Translations under genes and position numbers: made by a program
Shown: positions 7,950-16,241 of the stretch, in pieces
How positions within the stretch are numbered: the first letter of the stretch is position 1
How the letters are laid out: each line of letters opens with the position of its first letter
Notes under the pieces: model-generated
Told to the model about the DNA's origin: nothing
Seen by the model: the letters and a program-made list of their open reading frames with translations, nothing else
Databases searched by the model: none
Assembly (NCBI GenBank): GCA_964648855.1
Contig: CAZYLT010000006.1
Location: 98,069 to 130,068 of the forward strand
Origin: an uncultured archaeon
GTDB lineage: Archaea > Asgardarchaeota > Thorarchaeia > Thorarchaeales > Thorarchaeaceae
Direction: 5' to 3'
Length of the DNA stretch: 32,000 bases

Positions 7950-8340
7950 TAGGTGAGTGGGCCAGCAACATCGTGCGGAGCTCGCCGCCGAAAGCCCGAG
8001 GGAAGAAGTCTTCTTCTCGACGGAGGTCCGTACTCTCCACCAATGGGAACCCATCATCTCCCGGAGAGTCCGCGGCTGTTCACCATGCTCAGATATGTCT
8101 TGCTGACTTCGGCGACGGAGCCAGTACGGGTGATCATGAACCCGCCGTGATAAGAACTGTGGAAAGCCTCCCTGTGGCTGAGGGTGATGCCTCAGCAGTA
8201 ACACAGGTGGAGGAAACCAGGACCGTGTGAGGAATACTATCCCGATGACCATGGACAAAGCCCCTGCTCACTCAGTGGCCTTCGGGTACACTGGGGACGG
8301 CGACACTGGCAGGGAACGGGTGGAACACAGAAGTTTCACA
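7950..8340 (+). ncRNA. Unassigned ~390-nt highly structured non-coding RNA candidate
   Basis: More than 12 nested helices visible by eye, a cUUCGg tetraloop (8280-8285), a k-turn-like arm and a terminal hairpin. GC content is higher than the flanks, there is no credible ORF, a TATA lies upstream and the next gene has its own TATA. Confidence 0.75.
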
Positions 8341-8364
8341 CAATTTGAGTTCATTCAATCTGTC

Positions 8365-8380
8365 AGAAATAGTTTATATA
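8365..8380 (+). promoter_or_regulatory. BRE/TATA promoter of the PfkB kinase gene
   Basis: AGAAATAG-TTTATATA (TATA 8373-8380), 60 nt upstream of ATG 8441. Confidence 0.6.
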
Positions 8381-8440
8381 GGCAAGGAATGGAATATATC
8401 TTCCTGAGCAGGTCTTTTACATAGTACTGAGGCCATCTAG

Positions 8441-9331
8441 ATGGAAATCATTGTCGTAGGACATCTGAGCAGAGATTTGATAATCACTCCTGACTATGAA
8501 CGTGAGGCACTTGGTGGTGCAGCTGCCTATGCCATGATTGCTCCCCATCTTGGTGCTCTTGGTGCAGGGATAGTATCACGAGTGGGAGAAGATTTCGAAC
8601 AGACATATGTTGACGATCTCCGTGAGGCGAATTTAGATCTCTCCGGTCTACGAGTTGCTGGAGAAAAAACGACCCGGTTTGTCAACAAGTACGATAAGGA
8701 CGGTAATCGGACGCAATACGTTGAGGCGGTAGCTCCCCAAATCTATCCAGCTGATTTCTCTCCAGAGCATCTTGAAGCCAATATCTTTCATTTCAGCCCC
8801 ATTATCGGTGAAGTACACCCCAACTGTATTGAAACGACAAGGACCTACGGTGTACTGATTTCACTTGATGTTCAAGGCTATGTGCGGGAGAATGATGAAG
8901 GAAAAGTGATACCCAAGGAATGGACGGATGCGGAGCAAATTATTCGACATGTGGACATCGTAAAGTGTGACAAAGAAGAGATGCAGCTTTTTGCGGATGA
9001 TTACTCCGAAAAGGATAGTGCTGAAAAGATTCTGAGGTGGGGCCCTCATGCTGTTATCGTTACCAAGAGCCAGGAGGGTTCATCCATTTATACTAGAAAT
9101 GCTCAAGCTGATATTCCTTCAGTGGGTCCTGAAGATTATGTTGATTCAACTGGCTGTGGGGATACTTATGCAATTGCCTTTCTGCTTGAATATATGAGAA
9201 CTGGCGATGTGAAAAGGGCGGGGCTTTTTGGGGCTTCAGCATCTTCATTTAACCTCGAACATGTTGGACCGTATTCTATGTCGTCGCGCTCAGAGATTGA
9301 AGATCGAATGAAGACATATATGGAAGCCTGA
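8441..9331 (+). CDS. PfkB/ribokinase family sugar or nucleoside kinase
   Basis: VVGHLSRD, LGGAAAY, SRVGED, SLDVQG, DSTGCGDTY signature. Confidence 0.92.
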   Translation: MEIIVVGHLSRDLIITPDYEREALGGAAAYAMIAPHLGALGAGIVSRVGEDFEQTYVDDLREANLDLSGLRVAGEKTTRFVNKYDKDGNRTQYVEAVAPQIYPADFSPEHLEANIFHFSPIIGEVHPNCIETTRTYGVLISLDVQGYVRENDEGKVIPKEWTDAEQIIRHVDIVKCDKEEMQLFADDYSEKDSAEKILRWGPHAVIVTKSQEGSSIYTRNAQADIPSVGPEDYVDSTGCGDTYAIAFLLEYMRTGDVKRAGLFGASASSFNLEHVGPYSMSSRSEIEDRMKTYMEA

Positions 9332-9394
9332 GCACCTAATTCAAAACGCTTTTCTAGTCACTGATATTCTCTCAAAGAGTGCTGAGGTGACCCT

Positions 9395-10579
9395 TTGCTC
9401 GAAGACCTTGATGACTTGATGGAAATTCAAGAGATTGACTCTCTCATGGTTACGGGAAATGCATTCGATAATCCAGATGTCTACTGGCTCACCGGTTTTC
9501 GTTCTCCTGACAACGTTATATGCTTACACAATCATGGAGAGGAAACCATAGTTGCCACTGCATTCAAAACCCTTGAGAGGCTGGAGAAGGAGAGTTTCAT
9601 CGAAAAGACCTTTGACCTCACCGAGCTCTATCAATCCTTTATGGAACGTGGAGAACGTGCAACAGATAATCCTGAGAAAGTGATGGACGAGATTCTCAAG
9701 GAGAATTTTAATGGAAAAGTGATGGGGGTGCCCAAGCGATTCCCATCAGATATGCTAATTGCCATCCAAAAGTTGGGATGCGAGGTAAAGCCGGTTCCTG
9801 ATTTACTCCTGCAAGCCAGAGCGACCAAATCTGAAGAGGAAATCAAGATGATTGAGAAGGCAGGAGAAGCTACTATCTCCGCCCTATCAAAAGTTGTTGA
9901 GATGATTAAGAATACTGGAGTTGGCGCTAATGACATATTGATACGCGATGGTGAACCACTCACTGTACGTGATGTCAAGCAAGCATTGAATCACAACCTG
10001 CTCGATCTGTCGGCTGAGGCGGCTGAAGATTCGATTGTTGCCGTTGGTCAGATGGGGTTTGACTGGCACTATCTTGGAAATCCTGATGATGAGATAAAAG
10101 CCAATGTTCCAATTATTATAGATGTCTTTCCTCGACTTAAGATTGAACGATACGTGGCTGATGTCACCCGGACCGTCGTGAAGGGAACTCCCTGCGATAA
10201 GGTCAGGGAGATGTTTTACGCTGTCATGGAGGCTGGAGATGCAGTACTGGATGAGATGACCGCCGGTGCCAAAATCGATGACGTCAACATGGCATGCTAC
10301 AACACCCTCAAGAAGCATGGCTTTGATTCTTCAAGGCTCAATCCTGGCGCAATGGAAGGAATGACGCATAGTCTTGGTCACGGCATTGGACTAGAGGTCC
10401 ATGAGTATCCGAGCATGTATGTTCGCGATGGGAAATTCAAGGAGGGGCATGTGGTGGCTATTGAGCCGGCAGTATATTTGATGAACGAAGGGGGAGTTCG
10501 CATCGAGAATGACTTTGTAGTGACCAAAGATAAGCCTCGGAGAACTACCATGGGGCTGGAAGAGATATTGTATCTATAG
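9395..10579 (+). CDS. Xaa-Pro aminopeptidase/prolidase (M24B)
   Basis: RATKSEEEI, IIIDVFP...ADVTRT, HSLGHGIGLEVHE, AIEP, GGVRIEND; SD GAGGTGA before the TTG start. Confidence 0.93.
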   Translation: MLEDLDDLMEIQEIDSLMVTGNAFDNPDVYWLTGFRSPDNVICLHNHGEETIVATAFKTLERLEKESFIEKTFDLTELYQSFMERGERATDNPEKVMDEILKENFNGKVMGVPKRFPSDMLIAIQKLGCEVKPVPDLLLQARATKSEEEIKMIEKAGEATISALSKVVEMIKNTGVGANDILIRDGEPLTVRDVKQALNHNLLDLSAEAAEDSIVAVGQMGFDWHYLGNPDDEIKANVPIIIDVFPRLKIERYVADVTRTVVKGTPCDKVREMFYAVMEAGDAVLDEMTAGAKIDDVNMACYNTLKKHGFDSSRLNPGAMEGMTHSLGHGIGLEVHEYPSMYVRDGKFKEGHVVAIEPAVYLMNEGGVRIENDFVVTKDKPRRTTMGLEEILYL

Positions 10580-10584
10580 AGGAC

Positions 10585-11679
10585 CTAGTCTACACTTAGT
10601 GCATAGAACGGACAAACAGAGATGCACATCCCACACCTCTGGCATTTCTCTTCATCGATTTCAAAGAGGTCTTCTTTCTTGTTCACTGTGATGGCACGAT
10701 ATACACATGACTTTTCACAGAGTCCACATCGAGTGCACTTCTCCAGATTGACTTGAGGCTTGTTTCTCAGAGCATGTTCCTCTTTCAAGTGAGGAAGTGC
10801 CAATCCAATCAACTGACTGACAGAATTATAATCGTGTTCTTTGAGCCAATCAGAAATCTCACCTGCAATTCTACCATAGACTGTCTGTCCCTCAAGGATA
10901 GCGGCAGTACATACTTGAACGGCAGATGCGCCAGCCATCATAAACTCGATAGCATCTTCTCCAGAGGAAACTCCCCCGACCGCAATGACCGGAATATCAA
11001 CAGAGCTGGCAATATCTGCAACGCATCGCATTGCAATGGGTTTCAGAGCTGCACCGCTCAGCCATCCCTCTCCTCCATCACTACCTAAAAATGGTTTTCC
11101 AGTTTCTATGTCAATGTGTAGGCAAGGACCGTACGTGTTGATTGCGACAATCCCATCCACATGTTTCTCAACATCCTTAGCAACTGCCGCAACATCGACC
11201 TTCGGACTGAGTTTAGCAAAAATTGGGATTTCTACAGCATCTTTCAATGCTTTTGCAATCTCGACGTGTCCACCAACATAGTGTGTACTAAATTCGATGG
11301 CATGCATACCCGCATCTTCAATCTTCGGAGCAATCTCAGCAACTTCTTCAGGTGTATATCCAACACTGGCTATGACGGGAAGTCCAGAACTCAAAGCAAT
11401 AGGATACTCGCTTTCAAGCCATTGACACAACGAAATTTCACTCCAGAGTTCAGCGTTAAGCAACCCACGCCGTGATTTCACCCTTCCTCGCCCGAGTGCA
11501 GTTATGTTGGGATTAGGAACTTTTGCTGGCTTGATACTAACAGTCTTTGCCACTAATCCGCCGGCGCCCCCCGTAGCAGCATTAAGCAGGGTCATACCAT
11601 CTCGCGCAGCCGGTCCTGCAGCTGTAAGCACGGGATTCCTGAGTTTAAGACCTGCTAAGTTGACTTTGAGATCTGGCAT
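10585..11679 (-). CDS. Dihydropyrimidine/dihydroorotate dehydrogenase-like FMN protein with C-terminal 2x[4Fe-4S] (PreA architecture)
   Basis: LRNPVLTAAGP, VAKT, NAELWSE, PIFAKLSP, AINT, GWLSGAALKP, VGGV, AGASAVQVCTA, CTRCGLCEKSC, CQRCGMCISVCP. Confidence 0.88.
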   Translation of the reverse strand: MPDLKVNLAGLKLRNPVLTAAGPAARDGMTLLNAATGGAGGLVAKTVSIKPAKVPNPNITALGRGRVKSRRGLLNAELWSEISLCQWLESEYPIALSSGLPVIASVGYTPEEVAEIAPKIEDAGMHAIEFSTHYVGGHVEIAKALKDAVEIPIFAKLSPKVDVAAVAKDVEKHVDGIVAINTYGPCLHIDIETGKPFLGSDGGEGWLSGAALKPIAMRCVADIASSVDIPVIAVGGVSSGEDAIEFMMAGASAVQVCTAAILEGQTVYGRIAGEISDWLKEHDYNSVSQLIGLALPHLKEEHALRNKPQVNLEKCTRCGLCEKSCVYRAITVNKKEDLFEIDEEKCQRCGMCISVCPFYALSVD

Positions 11680-11728
11680 AGCTCTTTTTCTTTATATCTC
11701 AGCATATGAATCCTACCCAAATTCGTGG

Positions 11729-13666
11729 TCATTGCTGACTAGCAAGCATTTTTCTCTTTTTGAGGTCGTCAGCAACGTAATCCAACCGGAGTTCGTTCAA
11801 TTTTGACTCTAGGGGAAATCCGGTTTCTAGATCACATCCACGGTACTCATAATACTCATCAAGCATCTCGTCCAAGTCGGGAAGTCCGCCCTTGGCGGGG
11901 CCTGTGGGCATCGGTTCCTTCAAAAGACGTCTTGGAAGGGTTTCCTGTTCCCGTGTTATTCCTAAACGATGATTATAGGCCCGTCGAAGATGGCTGATTC
12001 GTTCTCCTGTTCTCTTGACGAAGGCTAGGTCTGTCCAGTCATTCATGCCCGTTAGAGGGGCGATTACGTTGGCAAATGTTTCGTAGTAATAGACTGGTGG
12101 CCACATGACACCATACTTGCAGATGACTGCTGAGTCTGTTAGTGCATACAGGTCCTCCATGTCTTTGATTAGTTCTCCCTTGTACTTTGGACTCATTATT
12201 TTCAAAATATCCTCAGCTTTTTCTTCACCAAACCGATGTATCGCAATCTCAGGATATCCGAGTTCTTCAAGACTGGAGAGACTGCGGAGATGATCAGCGC
12301 CACGTACATTTGTAGCGTAGGTTAATCCTACTGATTGATGTGCTCTCGGATCCTGACCAGAAGCCTCGAGCCCCTTTGAATGGACCGCATACTTCCACGC
12401 CTCTCCTCCGATTATGTCCGCTGCTTCTCGAGTTCCTTTCGCGAGTATCTCGCCAATGCCCTCCTTTTTCGCAATCAGCTCGACAAGCTCTACCATGGAG
12501 TCGATATTACCCCAACTCAAGTCCAACCCATTCGTGTCCTTCTTGTCTATGATACCTTTCTCCCATAGTTCCATGGCAAACCCAATCGTCTTTCCGCAAG
12601 AGATTGTGTCCATCCCAAGAAGGTCGCAACGCTTGCCGAGATGGAAGACCGATTCAATATCATCATTCATGCAGTTGCTACCAAATGCCATGATGGTTTC
12701 GTATTCAGGACCACCCACGGGTGTTGTCTTGAACTCCCCTTCATTGACCCTAATAATGTATTTACAGCCGACGACGCAACCATGGCAGGCCTCTTGGGCG
12801 ATGCGATACTGGTTGGCAATTATCTCAGGGCCAATTTTGTCTGCGTTCTCAAAATATCCCGTCCAATGATTCTTTGTGGGAAGACGTCCTATTTCATTGA
12901 TCATTGAAACCAAATCAGTGGTTCCGTACTTTCTCAAAGACTCAATAGAGCTGGCCCATAGGGGGTCTCTAACTCTTGCCATCTCTTCTTCGTTAGCCTT
13001 GAGATATGCGTCCATGTCATGGGCTTCAATGCCCATTGATCCACTGACAGCAATGCCTTTCACTTTCTTAGAGCCCAAAACTGTTCCAAGTCCCGCTCGA
13101 CCAGCCGCCCTGTAGTAATCCACTATGATGGCACCATAGAGCACCCCGTTTTCCCCAGCAGGTCCTATGACTGCGGTTTCTATTGAGGGGTCTTTGTGTT
13201 TTTCTCGAATCATATCCGTGGCGACATTCGTTTCTCTTCCCCAGAGGTCGGATGCCTCGAGGAGTTCTGCTGTCCCATCCTGAATGAAGAGATAGACTGG
13301 TTTTTCTGACCTTCCATTGAAGATAACAAAATCATATCCGGCATACTTTAGCTCTGGTCCGAAGAATCCTCCAGAGTGGCTTTCCGCCCAGACTCCGGTG
13401 AGCGGTCCCTTTGTGGCAAACATGAATCTTCCAGAGGGTGAGAACATTGAACCTGTTAGAGGTCCCGTGCCAACAACTAGTACGTTCTCTGGCGATAGTG
13501 GGTCTGTTGACGGCCCCGTGCGGTCCCAGAGGATTTTGGCAGCCACTCCAGTTCCGCCAAGATAAAGCCTTGCCCATTCTTTCTCCATCTCTTTCTTGTG
13601 GATCTTGCCCTTCTCCAAGTCAATGTCTAGGTATTTTCCGGCATATCCTTTGTAGGGAAATGTCAT
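11729..13666 (-). CDS. Tungsten-dependent aldehyde:ferredoxin oxidoreductase family protein (AOR-2)
   Basis: IGPAGEN, GRAGLGTVLGSKKVKGI, CHGCVVGC, PEYET, GMDTISCG, RGADH, ICK. Confidence 0.95.
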   Translation of the reverse strand: MTFPYKGYAGKYLDIDLEKGKIHKKEMEKEWARLYLGGTGVAAKILWDRTGPSTDPLSPENVLVVGTGPLTGSMFSPSGRFMFATKGPLTGVWAESHSGGFFGPELKYAGYDFVIFNGRSEKPVYLFIQDGTAELLEASDLWGRETNVATDMIREKHKDPSIETAVIGPAGENGVLYGAIIVDYYRAAGRAGLGTVLGSKKVKGIAVSGSMGIEAHDMDAYLKANEEEMARVRDPLWASSIESLRKYGTTDLVSMINEIGRLPTKNHWTGYFENADKIGPEIIANQYRIAQEACHGCVVGCKYIIRVNEGEFKTTPVGGPEYETIMAFGSNCMNDDIESVFHLGKRCDLLGMDTISCGKTIGFAMELWEKGIIDKKDTNGLDLSWGNIDSMVELVELIAKKEGIGEILAKGTREAADIIGGEAWKYAVHSKGLEASGQDPRAHQSVGLTYATNVRGADHLRSLSSLEELGYPEIAIHRFGEEKAEDILKIMSPKYKGELIKDMEDLYALTDSAVICKYGVMWPPVYYYETFANVIAPLTGMNDWTDLAFVKRTGERISHLRRAYNHRLGITREQETLPRRLLKEPMPTGPAKGGLPDLDEMLDEYYEYRGCDLETGFPLESKLNELRLDYVADDLKKRKMLASQQ

Positions 13667-13667
13667 C

Positions 13668-14159
13668 TTAGACCTCCTCCTGGACAGTTTGTATCTTCGC
13701 TACTGGTTTGATTCCACTCTTGCGACTAAGTAGTGCATTCTCAGAGAACTCGACGTATTCGATTGCACCATATTCGCATGCCTTTACACACGCTGGGTCC
13801 CCATCACACAGGTCACACTTTGCCGCTTTCTTCAATACTGGATCCATTGAGATTCCCCCATAGATACAAGCTGTCACACATCTCCCGCAACCTATACAGA
13901 TGTCAGGTTCCACGTAGAGTGCCCCGCTGGAGTTTGGTCTAATGGCCCCCGTTGGGCATGCACCGTGGCAGAGGGGGTCCTCGCACTGGAGACACACCAT
14001 GGGCAGAATGATGCCCTTTTTCTCATTCTTTATGACCTTGATTCGAGACTGGCTCGGATTGAATGTTCTATAGTGCGCCACCGAACATGCGAGCTCGCAA
14101 TTACGGCAGCCTGTGCATTTTTGGACATCAATTGTTAGGATGTGTTTCATTTTTTCCAT
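13668..14159 (-). CDS. 4Fe-4S polyferredoxin subunit partnering AOR-2
   Basis: CTGCRNCELACS, CLQCEDPLCHGACP, CIGCGRCVTAC, KCDLCDGDPACVKAC. Confidence 0.93.
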   Translation of the reverse strand: MEKMKHILTIDVQKCTGCRNCELACSVAHYRTFNPSQSRIKVIKNEKKGIILPMVCLQCEDPLCHGACPTGAIRPNSSGALYVEPDICIGCGRCVTACIYGGISMDPVLKKAAKCDLCDGDPACVKACEYGAIEYVEFSENALLSRKSGIKPVAKIQTVQEEV

Positions 14160-14363
14160 CCTCTGTTCGTGTTCTGGACGCAGTCTAGGTGTCTATAATG
14201 TTTGTACTTTAACTTGTTGTAATCCACGCTGAAATGAATTCATGTTTTCCAGACTTCCACCGAATCAGTATATATGGCATAAGTATTAGTAGATATTATA
14301 CCGTGCTGCCATTGCTGAGTTAGAGAGGGTACATGGCGAAAAAGATCGTAGAGCAATCTAGGC

Positions 14364-16184
14364 GTGAATAAGCAGATGACAGACAACTCTGGAACAACCC
14401 CCTCAATAACATCAAGTCTTGAGCAAATCAGAATGATACTAGAGGACATCGGGCTTGCGGTCATAGAATTGGACGAGCAGTTCCATTTGGTCTACGCGAA
14501 TGCAAGTGCTCAGAAGCTATTGGGTATCGATGAGAATGATTTGAAATCCAAGATAATCGCAACAGATTTGGTTGTTGACGAACAGAAATCGCTCGTTGTT
14601 CGGGGTCTTGAGAGCCTTGCCGAGGGTGTTGAACCAACCCCTATTACACTACGAATAAGACGGTCAGATGGCGTAGAAACCTTGGCTGAAGTATTCAGCG
14701 AGCTAATCATCGAAAATGATGAGGTCATCGGTTTTCGGGCATATGCCTTCGATTTGACTCGACGGCTAGCACTTGAAGAACGGTTCAAAGAAAAGGAAGA
14801 TATCTTTCAACTCATTGTTGAAAATGCAAGCTTCACAGGTATCTTGGTTGTTAATGGCGACTATCGGTTTGAATATGTGAATGATAAATTATGCGACATG
14901 GTGGGATTGTCCCGACATGACCTCTTGGGCCTTGACTTCCGAGAAGTACTGCACCCTGAGAGTGTAGACCTAGTCGCGGAGCGATATATTAGGCGACAAC
15001 GAGGTGAGAAGGTACCACGAGAATATGAGTTTCAAATAATCCGTGCTGATGGTGAAGTCAGAGATGTTATGATCAGCAGCAGTATAATCCGTAGTAATGA
15101 TGAGCGAGTGAAAACAGTTGCTCAGCTCCTCGACATAACCGAGGAGAAACAAAGCAAGCATAAACTCGAGGAGAGTGAGCGACGACATAGAACACTGATA
15201 GAAACTATGGACTCAGGTTTGGCTGTAGATGACGAAGAAGGTATCACGGTTCTAGTAAACAAATCTCTTGCCGATATGCTTGGATATGATACGGTAGATG
15301 AGATGATCGGTAGACCTATCACTGACTGGATTCACGGATGGACAGAAAAGAATGTCAAGGAGAAGATGCAGCTCAGGAAGGCTGGTCAGAAAGAGAGCTA
15401 TGAGCTGACTCTGCAAAGAAAAGACGGCAAAATTGTGCCAACTATCGTACATGCCTCTCCAATTTTTGACCCATATTCAAATTACGTGGGCAGCTTCGCA
15501 GTATTCACAGATGTTGCTGAATTGAAAAAGGCTGAAGCAGAAGTAAGATTCTTTCTTGATCTGTTATTGCATGATATTGGAAATCAGCTGCAACTTATCT
15601 TGGCAGGAGCTGACATGCTCTCTAGAGACGCCGATGAAGATCAGATATCCCGATCGAAACAATATGTTCTGGACGGTGCTCATCGATGCCTTAGTGTTAT
15701 CACCAATATTCGTCGCACTGAGCAATCTAAGAGTGAACCGCTGGCTCCGGTGAACCTGACGGAGGTACTTAAGACGCAGGTTCTCCTGTTTTCAGGGCAA
15801 TATGGTGTTCACCCCACGCTGAAAGAGCTTCCCGATTCAATGTATGTTATCGCTGATAGCGCTCTAGGACATCTATTCTGGAATTTGATGGAAAACAGCG
15901 TAAAACACAATCCAAAAGATGAGAAGACTCTAGAAATCACTGGAGAACGAAATGGGGAAACCTTCATCGTGAGCTTTGTGGACAATGGTCCAGGTCTGGA
16001 AGATAATCAGAAGCAATCGCTTCTCGACCCAACACGACGGTCTGGAGGCGTAGGTCTTCATCTTATCAGGAGAATGATGGACAAGTACGGTGGAACGATC
16101 CATGTTGATGACCGAGTTGAAGGCAGTCCAGAAGAGGGCCTGTGTATTAGAATAGAGCTTCAAATAGCTGAAGACAAATCATAG
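14364..16184 (+). CDS. Cytoplasmic PAS-domain sensor histidine kinase (3 PAS + HisKA/HATPase)
   Basis: Three PAS repeats (YAN/YVN/LVN...LLG), H-box LLHDIGNQL, N-box NLMENSVKH, DNGPG, GVGL; no transmembrane helices evident. Confidence 0.92.
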   Translation: MNKQMTDNSGTTPSITSSLEQIRMILEDIGLAVIELDEQFHLVYANASAQKLLGIDENDLKSKIIATDLVVDEQKSLVVRGLESLAEGVEPTPITLRIRRSDGVETLAEVFSELIIENDEVIGFRAYAFDLTRRLALEERFKEKEDIFQLIVENASFTGILVVNGDYRFEYVNDKLCDMVGLSRHDLLGLDFREVLHPESVDLVAERYIRRQRGEKVPREYEFQIIRADGEVRDVMISSSIIRSNDERVKTVAQLLDITEEKQSKHKLEESERRHRTLIETMDSGLAVDDEEGITVLVNKSLADMLGYDTVDEMIGRPITDWIHGWTEKNVKEKMQLRKAGQKESYELTLQRKDGKIVPTIVHASPIFDPYSNYVGSFAVFTDVAELKKAEAEVRFFLDLLLHDIGNQLQLILAGADMLSRDADEDQISRSKQYVLDGAHRCLSVITNIRRTEQSKSEPLAPVNLTEVLKTQVLLFSGQYGVHPTLKELPDSMYVIADSALGHLFWNLMENSVKHNPKDEKTLEITGERNGETFIVSFVDNGPGLEDNQKQSLLDPTRRSGGVGLHLIRRMMDKYGGTIHVDDRVEGSPEEGLCIRIELQIAEDKS

Positions 16185-16241
16185 ACACCAAAATTGTTAA
16201 TTCTAGTAGTCTTCATTGTCATCCATCGTGGAGAAGATATC

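Noticed and set aside
7973-8042. Group II intron start (GTGCG) or tRNA/tmRNA 3' end (TCCACCA)
   Set aside because: No domain V, no interrupted host gene, no T-arm GTTCRA and no matching acceptor stem.
7950-8340. RNase P RNA or SRP RNA identity for the structured region
   Set aside because: GAGGAA (8210) and ACAGAA (8327) occur but cannot form the P4 pseudoknot or sit in the right layout; no SRP helix-8 CAGG-GNRA-AGCA motif on either strand.
8316-8340. T-box antiterminator (GGGUGGAAC)
   Set aside because: No downstream complementary strand to form the bulged antiterminator, and no recognisable Stem I.
7932-8424. Short ORFs of 65-108 aa over the structured region
   Set aside because: Mutually overlapping, low-complexity, no recognisable motifs; better explained by GC-rich RNA.
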